Shown here in pieces: positions 50,832 through 59,954 of a DNA stretch of 64,000 nucleotides. The notes below the pieces were generated by a model, which worked only from the letters and a program-made list of their open reading frames with translations, was not told the DNA's origin and did no database searches. This DNA comes from an uncultured Bacilli bacterium. Lineage in GTDB: Bacteria; Bacillota_I; Bacilli_A; RF39; UBA660. The stretch spans positions 18,478 to 82,477 of the forward strand of contig CAJUQG010000002.1 of the NCBI GenBank assembly GCA_910588025.1, written 5' to 3'. Made by a program: the position numbers and the translations under genes. Every line of letters begins with the position of its first letter. Positions within the stretch are counted from its first letter, which is position 1.

Positions 50832-53291
50832 ATGGATAGAATAATTGAAAATAATATTGTTAATGAAGTAAAAGATTCTTTTTTAGATTATGCTATGAGT
50901 GTTATTACAGCTCGTGCTTTACCAGATTTGCGTGATGGATTAAAACCTGTTCATCGTCGTATTTTGTATTCGATGTATGAATCTAGTTATACTCCTGATA
51001 AACCTCATCGTAAAAGTGCAAGAATTGTTGGGGATGTAATGGGAAAATATCATCCTCATGGGGATTCTTCTATTTATGATGCTATGGTTCGTATGGCACA
51101 ATCTTTTAGTTTTCGCCATATGCTTGTAGATGGACATGGTAATTTTGGTAATATGGATGGCGATGGCGCTGCAGCGATGCGTTATACAGAAGCAAGATTA
51201 TCTAAGTTATCTCTTGAAATGATAAGAGATATCAATAAAGAAACAGTAAATTTTAGTCCGAATTTTGATGAAACGGAAAAAGAACCAGATATTTTACCTA
51301 GTAGATTTCCTAATATTTTAGTAAATGGGACGATGGGAATTGCGGTTGGAATGGCTACTAATATTCCTCCCCATAATTTAGGTGAAGTGATTGATGGTTG
51401 TGTAGCGTATATTGATAATCATGAAATAACAACTGATGAATTAATGCAATATATTAAAGGGCCAGATTTTCCTACTGGAGCTACTATTTTGGGTAATAGT
51501 GGTATTAAAAAAGCATATGAAACAGGTCGTGGCTCTATAACAATTCGCGGAAAAGTTGAAATTGAAGAAAATAATGGTAAGTCACGGATTATTGTTACAG
51601 AGTTACCATATCAAGTAAATAAAGCTGAATTTCAATCTCGTATTGGTGAACTAGTAAGGGATAAAATTATAGATGGAATTAGTGAATTACATGAAGAATC
51701 TAATTTAGAAAATCCCGTTCGTGTTGTTATTTATTTGAAAAGAGATGCCAATGCGAATGTTGTATTAAATAATTTATATAAGCATACACAGTTACAAACA
51801 ACGTTTGGTATTAATTTCTTGATGTTAGATCAACAAACTCCTAAGATTTTGCCACTGAAAGATATTATTTCGAAATATATTGATTATCAGAAGGAAATTA
51901 TTATACGTAGAACTCAATATGATTTGAGAAAAGCACAAGAACGCGTACATGTGTTAGAAGGATTAAAGATTGCTTTAGATCATTTAGATGAAGTTATTCA
52001 GACAATTCGTAATTCTAAAACTGATGTCATTGCAAAAGAGCAATTGATGCAACTATTTGGTTTAGATGATATTCAAGCTAATGCTATTCTTGAAATGAAA
52101 TTACGTCGTTTAACTGGTTTAGAGCGTGAAAAGATAGAAAATGAGTTATCAGAATTGTTAAAAACTATTGAAGAATTGCAAGCAATATTGGCTAGTGAAG
52201 AAAAGGTTTTAGCAATTATTAAAGAAGAATTGTTGGAAATAAAAAATAAATATGCTGATGAACGTCGTACTAATATAGATATGACAGCAATTGAGTATAT
52301 TGAAGATGAATCTTTAATTCCTGTAGAGAATATCATGATTGCTTTGACAAATAAAGGTTATATTAAACGTACTACTGTAGATACCTTTAAATCTCAAAAT
52401 AGAGGTGGAGTAGGTGTAAAAGGTATGGGAACGAATGAAGAAGACTTTGTTGAGCATTTAATTAACTTATCCACACACGATTATGCATTATTCTTTACCA
52501 ATAAAGGTAAGGTTTATCGTTTAAAGGGTTACGAAATTCCAGAATTTAATAGACAGTCTAAAGGATTGCCAATTATAAACTTGTTACAAATTGAGAAGGA
52601 TGAAATGATTAATAGTGTTATAAACATTAGTAATGATCATGATTATAAATATTTGTTATTTGTAACGAAACAAGGAATTGTAAAGAAAACAGCTATAAAT
52701 GAATTTGATAATATACGTACTTCTGGTAAAATATGTATTAATTTACGAGATAATGATGAACTCATAGCTGTTAAGAAAACAACAGGTGATAATTTAATTC
52801 TTTTAGGATCTAGTGCTGGTCGAATGGTTAAATTTGAAGAAAATGAGCTTAGAGTAATGGGTAGAACTGCAACAGGTGTGAGAGGTATTAATTTAGGTGA
52901 TGCAACTTGTGTTGGTTCTGAAATTGCTACAGACAATGATAAGGTATTGATTGTTACAGAAAAAGGATACGGGAAACAAACAAAAGTTTGTGAATATCGT
53001 GGTACAAAACGAGGTAGTAAAGGTGTAAAGGCTTTAAATGTTACAGATAAAAACGGAAATATTTCAGCATTTAAAGTAGTAAAAGAAAATCAAGATGTCA
53101 TTATAATAACTAATACAGGAATGTTAATTCGAATGCCTTTAGATCAAGTTTCAGTTTTAGGTAGAGTTACTCAGGGTGTTAGATTGATTCATTTAAAAAA
53201 TGAACAATTAGTTTCAACTATTAGTTTAGTTGACCATGAAGAAAATTTAGATGATATAGATGATGAAGAAATATCAAACAATAATGAATAA
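50832..53291 (+). CDS. gyrA: DNA gyrase subunit A
   Basis: Active-site Tyr region [10 protein letters not shown], the QRDR, and the C-terminal beta-pinwheel repeats. Confidence 0.95.
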   Translation: MDRIIENNIVNEVKDSFLDYAMSVITARALPDLRDGLKPVHRRILYSMYESSYTPDKPHRKSARIVGDVMGKYHPHGDSSIYDAMVRMAQSFSFRHMLVDGHGNFGNMDGDGAAAMRYTEARLSKLSLEMIRDINKETVNFSPNFDETEKEPDILPSRFPNILVNGTMGIAVGMATNIPPHNLGEVIDGCVAYIDNHEITTDELMQYIKGPDFPTGATILGNSGIKKAYETGRGSITIRGKVEIEENNGKSRIIVTELPYQVNKAEFQSRIGELVRDKIIDGISELHEESNLENPVRVVIYLKRDANANVVLNNLYKHTQLQTTFGINFLMLDQQTPKILPLKDIISKYIDYQKEIIIRRTQYDLRKAQERVHVLEGLKIALDHLDEVIQTIRNSKTDVIAKEQLMQLFGLDDIQANAILEMKLRRLTGLEREKIENELSELLKTIEELQAILASEEKVLAIIKEELLEIKNKYADERRTNIDMTAIEYIEDESLIPVENIMIALTNKGYIKRTTVDTFKSQNRGGVGVKGMGTNEEDFVEHLINLSTHDYALFFTNKGKVYRLKGYEIPEFNRQSKGLPIINLLQIEKDEMINSVINISNDHDYKYLLFVTKQGIVKKTAINEFDNIRTSGKICINLRDNDELIAVKKTTGDNLILLGSSAGRMVKFEENELRVMGRTATGVRGINLGDATCVGSEIATDNDKVLIVTEKGYGKQTKVCEYRGTKRGSKGVKALNVTDKNGNISAFKVVKENQDVIIITNTGMLIRMPLDQVSVLGRVTQGVRLIHLKNEQLVSTISLVDHEENLDDIDDEEISNNNE

Positions 53292-53320
53292 AAAGAATGT
53301 TCCACGTGAAACATTCTTTT
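53291..53320. repeat. palindromic element copy 1 (AAAAGAATGTTCCACGTGAAACATTCTTTT); doubles as the gyrA terminator hairpin
   Basis: A 13-bp-arm inverted repeat around the CACGTG centre, followed by a T-run. Confidence 0.7.
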
Positions 53321-53461
53321 TATTGTTGATAACTAAATAATAAAATTACTTGTAATATTTCTTCTAAATAAAAAATTAGCTAATAAATTAACGTTTTATA
53401 TTTAAAAACTTATTCATTGCTATTAAAATAATTATATTTAGAGTTAAATTCTCATTTTTTT

Positions 53462-53491
53462 CATTCAATGTTCCACGTGAAACATTGAATG
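53462..53491. repeat. palindromic element copy 2 (CATTCAATGTTCCACGTGAAACATTGAATG)
   Basis: Same 20-bp core AATGTTCCACGTGAAACATT as copy 1. Confidence 0.7.
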
Positions 53492-53654
53492 TGTATAACT
53501 TGTTTTTTTACTTAATAATATCAAAAAAATGTTTTTGTCTTTTAAGAAATTGTTAATTTTTTTTATTATTTTTAGTAAAATTGATTAATTTTTCTAATTA
53601 AAATAGGCAAATTTGGTTTTTTTTATTATCTTTTAAATTTTAGTGTGAATAAAT

Positions 53655-53677
53655 ATGTTTCACGTGGAACATTGAAT
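53655..53677. repeat. palindromic element copy 3 (inverted orientation: ATGTTTCACGTGGAACATTGAAT)
   Basis: Exact reverse complement of the 23-nt core of copy 2. Confidence 0.7.
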
Positions 53678-53715
53678 TATAGTTGATAAATATATTTATT
53701 TTTGATAGAATTTAT

Positions 53716-53797
53716 TTGTGCAACAAATATATTGCAAAATGGTCAGGATCGGAAGATAGCAGCCAATGTAATCCCTATTTGTGTGCACTTTTTTTAT
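53716..53797 (+). ncRNA. ffs: small (4.5S-type) signal recognition particle RNA
   Basis: The hairpin GTGCAACAAATA...TATTTGTGTGCAC encloses GGTCAGGATCGGAAGATAGCAGCC, which matches the SRP domain-IV consensus GUCAGGUCCGGAAGGAAGCAGCC. A T-run follows. Confidence 0.65.
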
Positions 53798-53809
53798 TGA
53801 AGGTGAAGT

Positions 53810-54223
53810 ATGGAAAATTATTTTAATATTTGTATAAAACTGGCTGTAAAAGCATCAAAAAAAGGTGAAGTTCCAATTGGTGCAATCGTTGTTTATAATA
53901 AAAAAATAATTGCTAAAGCTTTTAATCTAAGGGAAAAAAGACATGATATAACAGCCCATGCTGAAGTGTTAGCTTTAAAAAAGGCCTCAAAGACGCTAAA
54001 ACGTTGGAATTTAAGTGATTGTGAATTATATGTCACTTTAAAACCTTGTTCTATGTGTGAAAGTATCTTAAAGCAATCTCGTATTAAAAATGTTTATTAT
54101 TTATGTGAAAAACTCTCTTTTAAAAAGGAGTTTGAAAAAACAAATTTTATTTATGAAAATATACCTATTTTAACAGATCAATATAGTAAAATTTTATCTG
54201 ATTTTTTCTCTCATAAAAGATAG
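53810..54223 (+). CDS. tadA: tRNA-specific adenosine deaminase
   Basis: CDA zinc motifs HAEVLAL and PCSMCESIL; 137 aa. Confidence 0.85.
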   Translation: MENYFNICIKLAVKASKKGEVPIGAIVVYNKKIIAKAFNLREKRHDITAHAEVLALKKASKTLKRWNLSDCELYVTLKPCSMCESILKQSRIKNVYYLCEKLSFKKEFEKTNFIYENIPILTDQYSKILSDFFSHKR

Positions 54224-54265
54224 AATTTTTATGTTTATATGTTATAATTAATGTGGTGATTTTCC

Positions 54266-55918
54266 ATGGAATATAAGGTGTTTTATCGTAAATATCGTCC
54301 AGATAGCTTTAAAAATATCGTAGGACAAGATTATTCAAAAAAAATGCTCCAAAATGCGATAAAAAGTGGAAAAATTTCTCATGCTTATATTTTTACTGGT
54401 CCAAGAGGTACTGGAAAAACAAGTACTGCAAAAGTTTTTGCAAAATCGATCAATTGTGAACATCCTATTGAGGGAGAGGCATGTGGAGAATGTATTTCAT
54501 GTCAGAATTTTTTATCAAGTTCTGATATTATTGAAATCGATGCAGCATCTAATAATGGAGTAGATGAGGTTAGAGAATTAATTAATAATGTAAAGATAGC
54601 TCCAACAAATAGTAAATACAAAATTTATATTATTGATGAAGTTCATATGATGACTCAGAGTGCATTTAACGCTTTGCTATTAACTTTAGAGGAACCTCCA
54701 GCACATGTGATTTTTATTATGGCAACTACAAATATTGAAAGTGTTCCTATAACTATTTTATCTAGGTGTCAACGTTTTGATTTTAAAAAGTTTACCTTAG
54801 AAGAATTAGTAACTCAAATAAATTATGTTTGTGAAAAAGAAAATATTAATATTTCATTAGAAGCAGCCACGGAGATTGCTTATATTTCTGAAGGCGGAAT
54901 GAGAGATGCATTAAGTTTTCTTGATCAGTTATCGTCTTCCACAAATGAAATTACGATAGAAAATATATTATCAAATTCTGGTTCAATCTCTTCTGTTTTT
55001 ATTAAAAATTTATTTCAAAATGTTTTAGATAATAAAATTGACAGTATTTTAAAGCAATTTGAAGAACTAAAAAACAGTTCTAGTGATTATAAGATTTTTA
55101 TTAAAAAGTTTATTCAAGAATTAGTTCAATATGCTATTACTTTAAAAACTGAATATAAATCTTCCAGTTTAAGTTATGAACAAATAAAATCGCTTGTATT
55201 TGGCTTAAATGAATGTATGAATCGGGTAAATATTAATATTAATCCTTATACTTTAATAGAATTGGAAGTTCTTAATTACGTAGATAACTCTTCCAATGAA
55301 ATTATTGACAATAAAGCATCTATTAATACTTTTGATAATAAAGTCGCTTTGAAAGACGATAATAAAAAAGAGTTAGAATTAGTTAGTTCTTCGAAAGAGG
55401 AAATCAATTCTTCATTTGTTCAAGAGGAGCAACAAAATGACCAAATTTTAAATCAAATAGATGACTTAAAACGAATTCGAATTAATAACTGCTTTTGTAA
55501 TGCACAAAAAAATGTTTTAAACCAATTAAAGGATTCATGGCAAGACATTTCTATATCGCCAATTCCAGATGATATTATTAATTTATTAGTGGATTCAAAT
55601 ATTGTAGCGGCATCTAATCGCTATGCTATTATTTCAACTAACTTGGAAAGTACAGCTATATTAATTAATAAAAGAATTCATGAAATTGAGGAATATTTAT
55701 GTGAATTTTTTAATCAAGAACTATCATTCATTGCTTTAAGTGAAGAAGAATGGCAAAAAGAAAAAAAAGAATATGTTAGTAAAATAAAAAATGGATTTCA
55801 ATATCAGCTGATGGAGGAACCAGTTTTTAAAGAAGAATTTATTGCTCCAACTTCTGATTCCTCTATGGAAAAAGTTGCGCAAGAGTTATTTGATCATGAT
55901 AAAATAGAAATTGTATAG
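54266..55918 (+). CDS. dnaX: DNA polymerase III subunit tau/gamma
   Basis: GPRGTGKTSTAK Walker A, the Zn module CGECISCQN, and SRC. Confidence 0.9.
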   Translation: MEYKVFYRKYRPDSFKNIVGQDYSKKMLQNAIKSGKISHAYIFTGPRGTGKTSTAKVFAKSINCEHPIEGEACGECISCQNFLSSSDIIEIDAASNNGVDEVRELINNVKIAPTNSKYKIYIIDEVHMMTQSAFNALLLTLEEPPAHVIFIMATTNIESVPITILSRCQRFDFKKFTLEELVTQINYVCEKENINISLEAATEIAYISEGGMRDALSFLDQLSSSTNEITIENILSNSGSISSVFIKNLFQNVLDNKIDSILKQFEELKNSSSDYKIFIKKFIQELVQYAITLKTEYKSSSLSYEQIKSLVFGLNECMNRVNININPYTLIELEVLNYVDNSSNEIIDNKASINTFDNKVALKDDNKKELELVSSSKEEINSSFVQEEQQNDQILNQIDDLKRIRINNCFCNAQKNVLNQLKDSWQDISISPIPDDIINLLVDSNIVAASNRYAIISTNLESTAILINKRIHEIEEYLCEFFNQELSFIALSEEEWQKEKKEYVSKIKNGFQYQLMEEPVFKEEFIAPTSDSSMEKVAQELFDHDKIEIV

Positions 55919-55934
55919 AAAGAAGGCAAATATT

Positions 55935-56234
55935 ATGAATATGCAAAGTATTATGGCACAAGCTCAAAAAATGCAAAGAGATTTGCAAAAAAAGAAAGAA
56001 GAATTAAATCAAGAATTATTTCCCGGGAAATCTGATTGGGTGGAAGTAGTTTTTAATGGTAAAAAAGAATTAGTTTCAGTAAAGATATTGTTTGAAGGTG
56101 ATATTACTTCAGATGATAAAGAGATGCTAGAGGATATGTTTTCTTTAGCTGTAAAAGATGCAATGAATCAAATAGAGAAGTCTTTTCAAGAAAAAATGGG
56201 ACCATATGCAAATATGCTTGATGGTATTATGTAA
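55935..56234 (+). CDS. ybaB: nucleoid-associated protein YbaB/EbfC
   Basis: MNMQSIMAQAQKMQRDLQKK... AGAAGG RBS; conserved dnaX-ybaB-recR order. Confidence 0.85.
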   Translation: MNMQSIMAQAQKMQRDLQKKKEELNQELFPGKSDWVEVVFNGKKELVSVKILFEGDITSDDKEMLEDMFSLAVKDAMNQIEKSFQEKMGPYANMLDGIM

Positions 56235-56236
56235 TA

Positions 56237-56839
56237 ATGATTTATCCAGAAAAATTAGAAAAATTAATTGAATTCTATAAGAAATTACCAGGTATTGGAG
56301 AAAAAAGTGCAGAGAGATTAGCTATTGCAACTTTAGATATTAAAGAGGAAGAACTTTTTGATTTTTCAGAAACATTAAAACATGCGAAACAAGATCTTCA
56401 TCCCTGTCATATTTGTGGGCATTTGACGGATCAGGAAGTATGTTATATTTGTGCAGACGAAGGCCGAGATGGAAATGTGATATGTGTAATTGAAGATTAT
56501 AAAAATGTTTTTTCTTTTGAAAAAGTTGGTAATTTTCGTGGCGTTTATCATGTTTTAAATGGCTTAATATCTCCAATGGAAAATATCGGTGCAGATGATA
56601 TTAATTTATCTTCTTTAGTAAAAAGAGTGGAAGCGTTAGATAATCCTGAAATTATTTTAGCTTTAAAATCATCGATTGAGGGAGAAACAACAACTTTATA
56701 TATTAAGAAAATTTTTGAGAATAAAAAGGTTGTTATTTCTCGATTATCTTATGGTTTACCAATGGGAGCTGAAATTGATTACATTGATACTATAACTTTG
56801 GATCACGCTTTAAGTGATCGAAAACAGATTTCATCATAA
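56237..56839 (+). CDS. recR: recombination protein RecR
   Basis: HhH region, the C4 zinc finger CHICGHLTDQEVCYIC, and Toprim. Confidence 0.9.
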   Translation: MIYPEKLEKLIEFYKKLPGIGEKSAERLAIATLDIKEEELFDFSETLKHAKQDLHPCHICGHLTDQEVCYICADEGRDGNVICVIEDYKNVFSFEKVGNFRGVYHVLNGLISPMENIGADDINLSSLVKRVEALDNPEIILALKSSIEGETTTLYIKKIFENKKVVISRLSYGLPMGAEIDYIDTITLDHALSDRKQISS

Positions 56840-56877
56840 TTTTCTTTTTTTGACATAGATTTCAATGAGGGATCACT

Positions 56878-57066
56878 ATGATAAAAATGATAATAAATGT
56901 GGTAAAGAAAATTGTAATTGGAATTTTTATTTTATATGGATTTAATCTATTAGTAAGTTCTATAAATATTATAATTCCGATTAATTATATTACAGTTGGT
57001 ACAGTTTCTTTTTTAGGGATACCAGGTTTGTTATCATTGGTTTTGTTATTTTTTCTGGTAAAATAG
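56878..57066 (+). CDS. bofA: BofA-family pro-sigma-K processing inhibitor-like small membrane protein
   Basis: ...IPINYITVGTVSFLGIPGLLSLVLL matches the BofA C-terminal PINxxT..GILGIPG block. Same position (after recR) as in B. subtilis. Confidence 0.6.
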   Translation: MIKMIINVVKKIVIGIFILYGFNLLVSSINIIIPINYITVGTVSFLGIPGLLSLVLLFFLVK

Positions 57067-57072
57067 TAGTAG

Positions 57073-57909
57073 GTGGTTAAAGTGGTAAATCAAAATCTTA
57101 ATCAAATATTAGAACATTTTCATGAGAATCGTCTTTCTCATGCTTTTTTGATTGAAACTAATTCTCAGGAACAAACGTTACAGGAATTGAAACAAATTTT
57201 AAAAGAAATTAATTGTGAACAAGAGTATAAAATTGATTGTAATTATTGTAATCTATGTCATATGATAGAATCTGAAAATTTACCGAGTTTAGTAATCATA
57301 CGACCAGATGGTCAGACAATTCGTAAAGAGCAAGTAATGGATTTAAAAAAGAAATTTGCTACTATGCCTATTTATTCAAAGTTTAATATGTATCTAATTA
57401 TGAATGCTGAAAAATTGAATCTTTCATCTGCTAATACACTTTTAAAATTTCTAGAAGAACCAGAAACAGGAATATTAGGTTTCTTTTTAACAAATAATAA
57501 AGAAAATATTATTGATACGATTAAAAGTCGTTGTCAAATCATTACGTGCTTTTATGATAAAAGAGAAGGTATAGATGATTTAACTTATCAATTAACTATA
57601 GAATTAATGACAGAAATACATTTATCTAAAGATAAGGCTTTTTTATATAATAAAGATAAAGTGGGAAGTTTATCAAAAGATAAATTGCAAAAGATATTTT
57701 GTGAGATGATAGAAGTTTATTTTTATTATTATCAACAAATAATAAAAAAATTGGAGATAGAAAAGTATTTGGAGGTTTCTTTTTTAAAGAAAAAGACACC
57801 AGATTATTTAATGAAGCAATTAAATATTGTTCAAAGGTTAGAAGAAGAATTAAATTTTAATGTAAATTTAAATATGATACTGGATCGATTGGTTATAGAA
57901 ACGAGGTAG
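57073..57909 (+). CDS. holB: DNA polymerase III delta-prime subunit
   Basis: AAA+-like N-domain (HAFLIE), zinc module CNYCNLCHMIE, and SRC. The start may be the GTG at 57082, 5 nt after AGGTGG. Confidence 0.8.
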   Translation: MVKVVNQNLNQILEHFHENRLSHAFLIETNSQEQTLQELKQILKEINCEQEYKIDCNYCNLCHMIESENLPSLVIIRPDGQTIRKEQVMDLKKKFATMPIYSKFNMYLIMNAEKLNLSSANTLLKFLEEPETGILGFFLTNNKENIIDTIKSRCQIITCFYDKREGIDDLTYQLTIELMTEIHLSKDKAFLYNKDKVGSLSKDKLQKIFCEMIEVYFYYYQQIIKKLEIEKYLEVSFLKKKTPDYLMKQLNIVQRLEEELNFNVNLNMILDRLVIETR

Positions 57910-57912
57910 TCT

Positions 57913-58704
57913 ATGAATATATATGGTGTAGTTTTACAAGATAAAGGCAAAATGTATTATTTTGATGGCCAAAATTTAAAAATTCCTAATAATGTTACTG
58001 TAATTGTAGAAACAGAAAAAGGAACCCAATTTGGTAAAGTTATATCCAAAGTTCCTCATGAAAAAGTTTTAGATTTTCATGAAAATTTAAAGAAGATTAT
58101 TAGAATAAGTACGAAAAAGGACTATGATCAATATTTAAAAAATTTGAAAGATGCTCATATTGCTTTAGCAAATGCAAAAACTATTGCGAAAACGTTGGGT
58201 TTAGAAATGTATTTTCTTGGTGCAGATTATACATTTGACCGCAAACAATTACTTTTTAATTTTTATGCTGATGAACGCATTGATTTTCGTGAGCTTGCAA
58301 AAAAATTAGCTAGTATTTATCGGACTAGAATTGAATTACGGCAAGTAGGAGCGCGTGATAAAGCAGAGCAAATTGGCGGCGTTGGACCATGTGGTCGAGA
58401 ACTTTGTTGTTCGAGTTTTTTAACTAGAATGAATTCGGTTTCTATGAATATGGCTAAAAATCAAAATATTGCTTTAAATCCTTCTAAAATTAATGGTTGT
58501 TGTGGGCGACTTTTATGTTGTTTAACATATGAAGATGAAGAATATATTAAATGTCAAAAGGGAATGCCTTCCGTGGGTCAAAAAGTTCATACAAAATATG
58601 GTGAAGGTATTGTTAGAAGTATTGACATATTGCAACGTAAGTATCGTGTATTAATTGAAAATGAGGAAAAGGAAATATTTTTAGATGAAGAAAATTCTAA
58701 ATGA
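57913..58704 (+). CDS. ricT: PSP1-domain protein RicT/YaaT
   Basis: Cys cluster GPCGRELCCSSFL...GCCGRLLCCLTYEDEEY; conserved position after holB. Confidence 0.8.
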   Translation: MNIYGVVLQDKGKMYYFDGQNLKIPNNVTVIVETEKGTQFGKVISKVPHEKVLDFHENLKKIIRISTKKDYDQYLKNLKDAHIALANAKTIAKTLGLEMYFLGADYTFDRKQLLFNFYADERIDFRELAKKLASIYRTRIELRQVGARDKAEQIGGVGPCGRELCCSSFLTRMNSVSMNMAKNQNIALNPSKINGCCGRLLCCLTYEDEEYIKCQKGMPSVGQKVHTKYGEGIVRSIDILQRKYRVLIENEEKEIFLDEENSK

Positions 58705-59398
58705 TTTGTATGATTATTCTTCTATGAAAATTTATCAATATGATGAAGCTTTTAAATTTTCATTAGATTCAATTTTATTGGCCGAATTAGTTCAAATTCA
58801 TAAGAATGATCGAAATATACTGGATTTATGTACAGGAAATGCTGTAATTCCTTTGATACTTTCGACAAAAACATCACTTTCTATCGTAGGAATAGAATAT
58901 CAAAAAGAAATTTATGAGTTAGCATCTTTGTCAGTTAATTATAATCAAAAAAATCATCAAATTACTTGTATTAATGACGATATATTAAATATTGATAAAT
59001 ATTTCCCGGGAAATAACTTTGATATTATTACTTGTAATCCTCCTTATTTTAAATATCATAATAAGGAATTTTTAAATCATGATAAATTAAAACAAATTGC
59101 TAGACATGAGGTTAAGATCACTTTAGAGAATGTTATTCGAATAGCTTCATGTAATATAAAAGAAAAAGGAAACTTTTACATGGTTCATATTTGTGAAAGA
59201 TTGCAAGAAATTATGGTTTTGTTAGAAAAATATCATTTTCGTATGAAAGATTTATATTTTGTTTATCCTAATAGAAGTAATAAAGCATTTTTAGTCTTGT
59301 TTCGTGCTATAAAGGGCGGTAATATAGGTATGAAAATTCATAAACCAATTTATTTGGATGAATTAACAACTTATCAAAATATGTTTAAAGGAGAATGA
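58685..59398 (+). CDS. tRNA (adenine37-N6)-methyltransferase-like (YabB/TrmN6 family)
   Basis: ITCNPPYF motif and the SAM region LDLCTGNAVIP. There is no yabA between ricT and this gene. Confidence 0.7.
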   Translation: MKKILNDLYDYSSMKIYQYDEAFKFSLDSILLAELVQIHKNDRNILDLCTGNAVIPLILSTKTSLSIVGIEYQKEIYELASLSVNYNQKNHQITCINDDILNIDKYFPGNNFDIITCNPPYFKYHNKEFLNHDKLKQIARHEVKITLENVIRIASCNIKEKGNFYMVHICERLQEIMVLLEKYHFRMKDLYFVYPNRSNKAFLVLFRAIKGGNIGMKIHKPIYLDELTTYQNMFKGE

Positions 59399-59952
59399 AG
59401 ATGAAATTAATTGTTGGACTTGGAAATCCTGGTGATGAATATCGTAACACAAGGCATAATGTAGGTTTTATGGTTTTAGATTCTTTTTTGAGTAATATAA
59501 CTTGGCAAAAAAAGTTTAATGCTGATTATTATAAAACGACTATTGAAAATGAAACGGTTTTATTTATAAAGCCTTTAACGTTTATGAATCTTTCTGGTCA
59601 AGCAGTACAACAATTTGTTAATTATTTTCATATAGATATTTCTGATATTTTAATTATACATGATGATTTAGATTTACAATTAGGAAATTATAAATTAAAA
59701 CGCAATTCTTCATCAGGTGGGCATAATGGATTAAAATCTATTATAAATTGTTTGCATAGTGAAGCTTTTTTGAGATTAAAAGTTGGTGTTACTTATCAAA
59801 GAAGTGAAGATACAATTGATTATGTATTAGGGAAGTTTTCAAAAAAAGAATTAGAGATGTTGGAAGAAAATTATTTACTTTATCATAAAATTATTCAATC
59901 TTTTATAGATTATGGAGTAGAAAAAACTTTGATGAATTATAGTAAAAAATAG
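59395..59952 (+). CDS. pth: peptidyl-tRNA hydrolase
   Basis: MKLIVGLGNPGDEYRNTRHNVGFM... and GHNGLKS. Confidence 0.9.
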   Translation: MKMKLIVGLGNPGDEYRNTRHNVGFMVLDSFLSNITWQKKFNADYYKTTIENETVLFIKPLTFMNLSGQAVQQFVNYFHIDISDILIIHDDLDLQLGNYKLKRNSSSGGHNGLKSIINCLHSEAFLRLKVGVTYQRSEDTIDYVLGKFSKKELEMLEENYLLYHKIIQSFIDYGVEKTLMNYSKK

Positions 59953-59954
59953 AG

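Noticed and set aside
53291-53681. CACGTG palindromes as LexA (Cheo box), CcpA cre, Rex or Fur sites
   Set aside because: The Cheo box is GAAC-N4-GTTC (arms reversed relative to GTTC..GAAC here). The cre consensus TGWAARCGYTWNCW does not fit the 16-mer. No match to Rex, Fur or PerR cores. A parS-like or repeat-family interpretation fits better.
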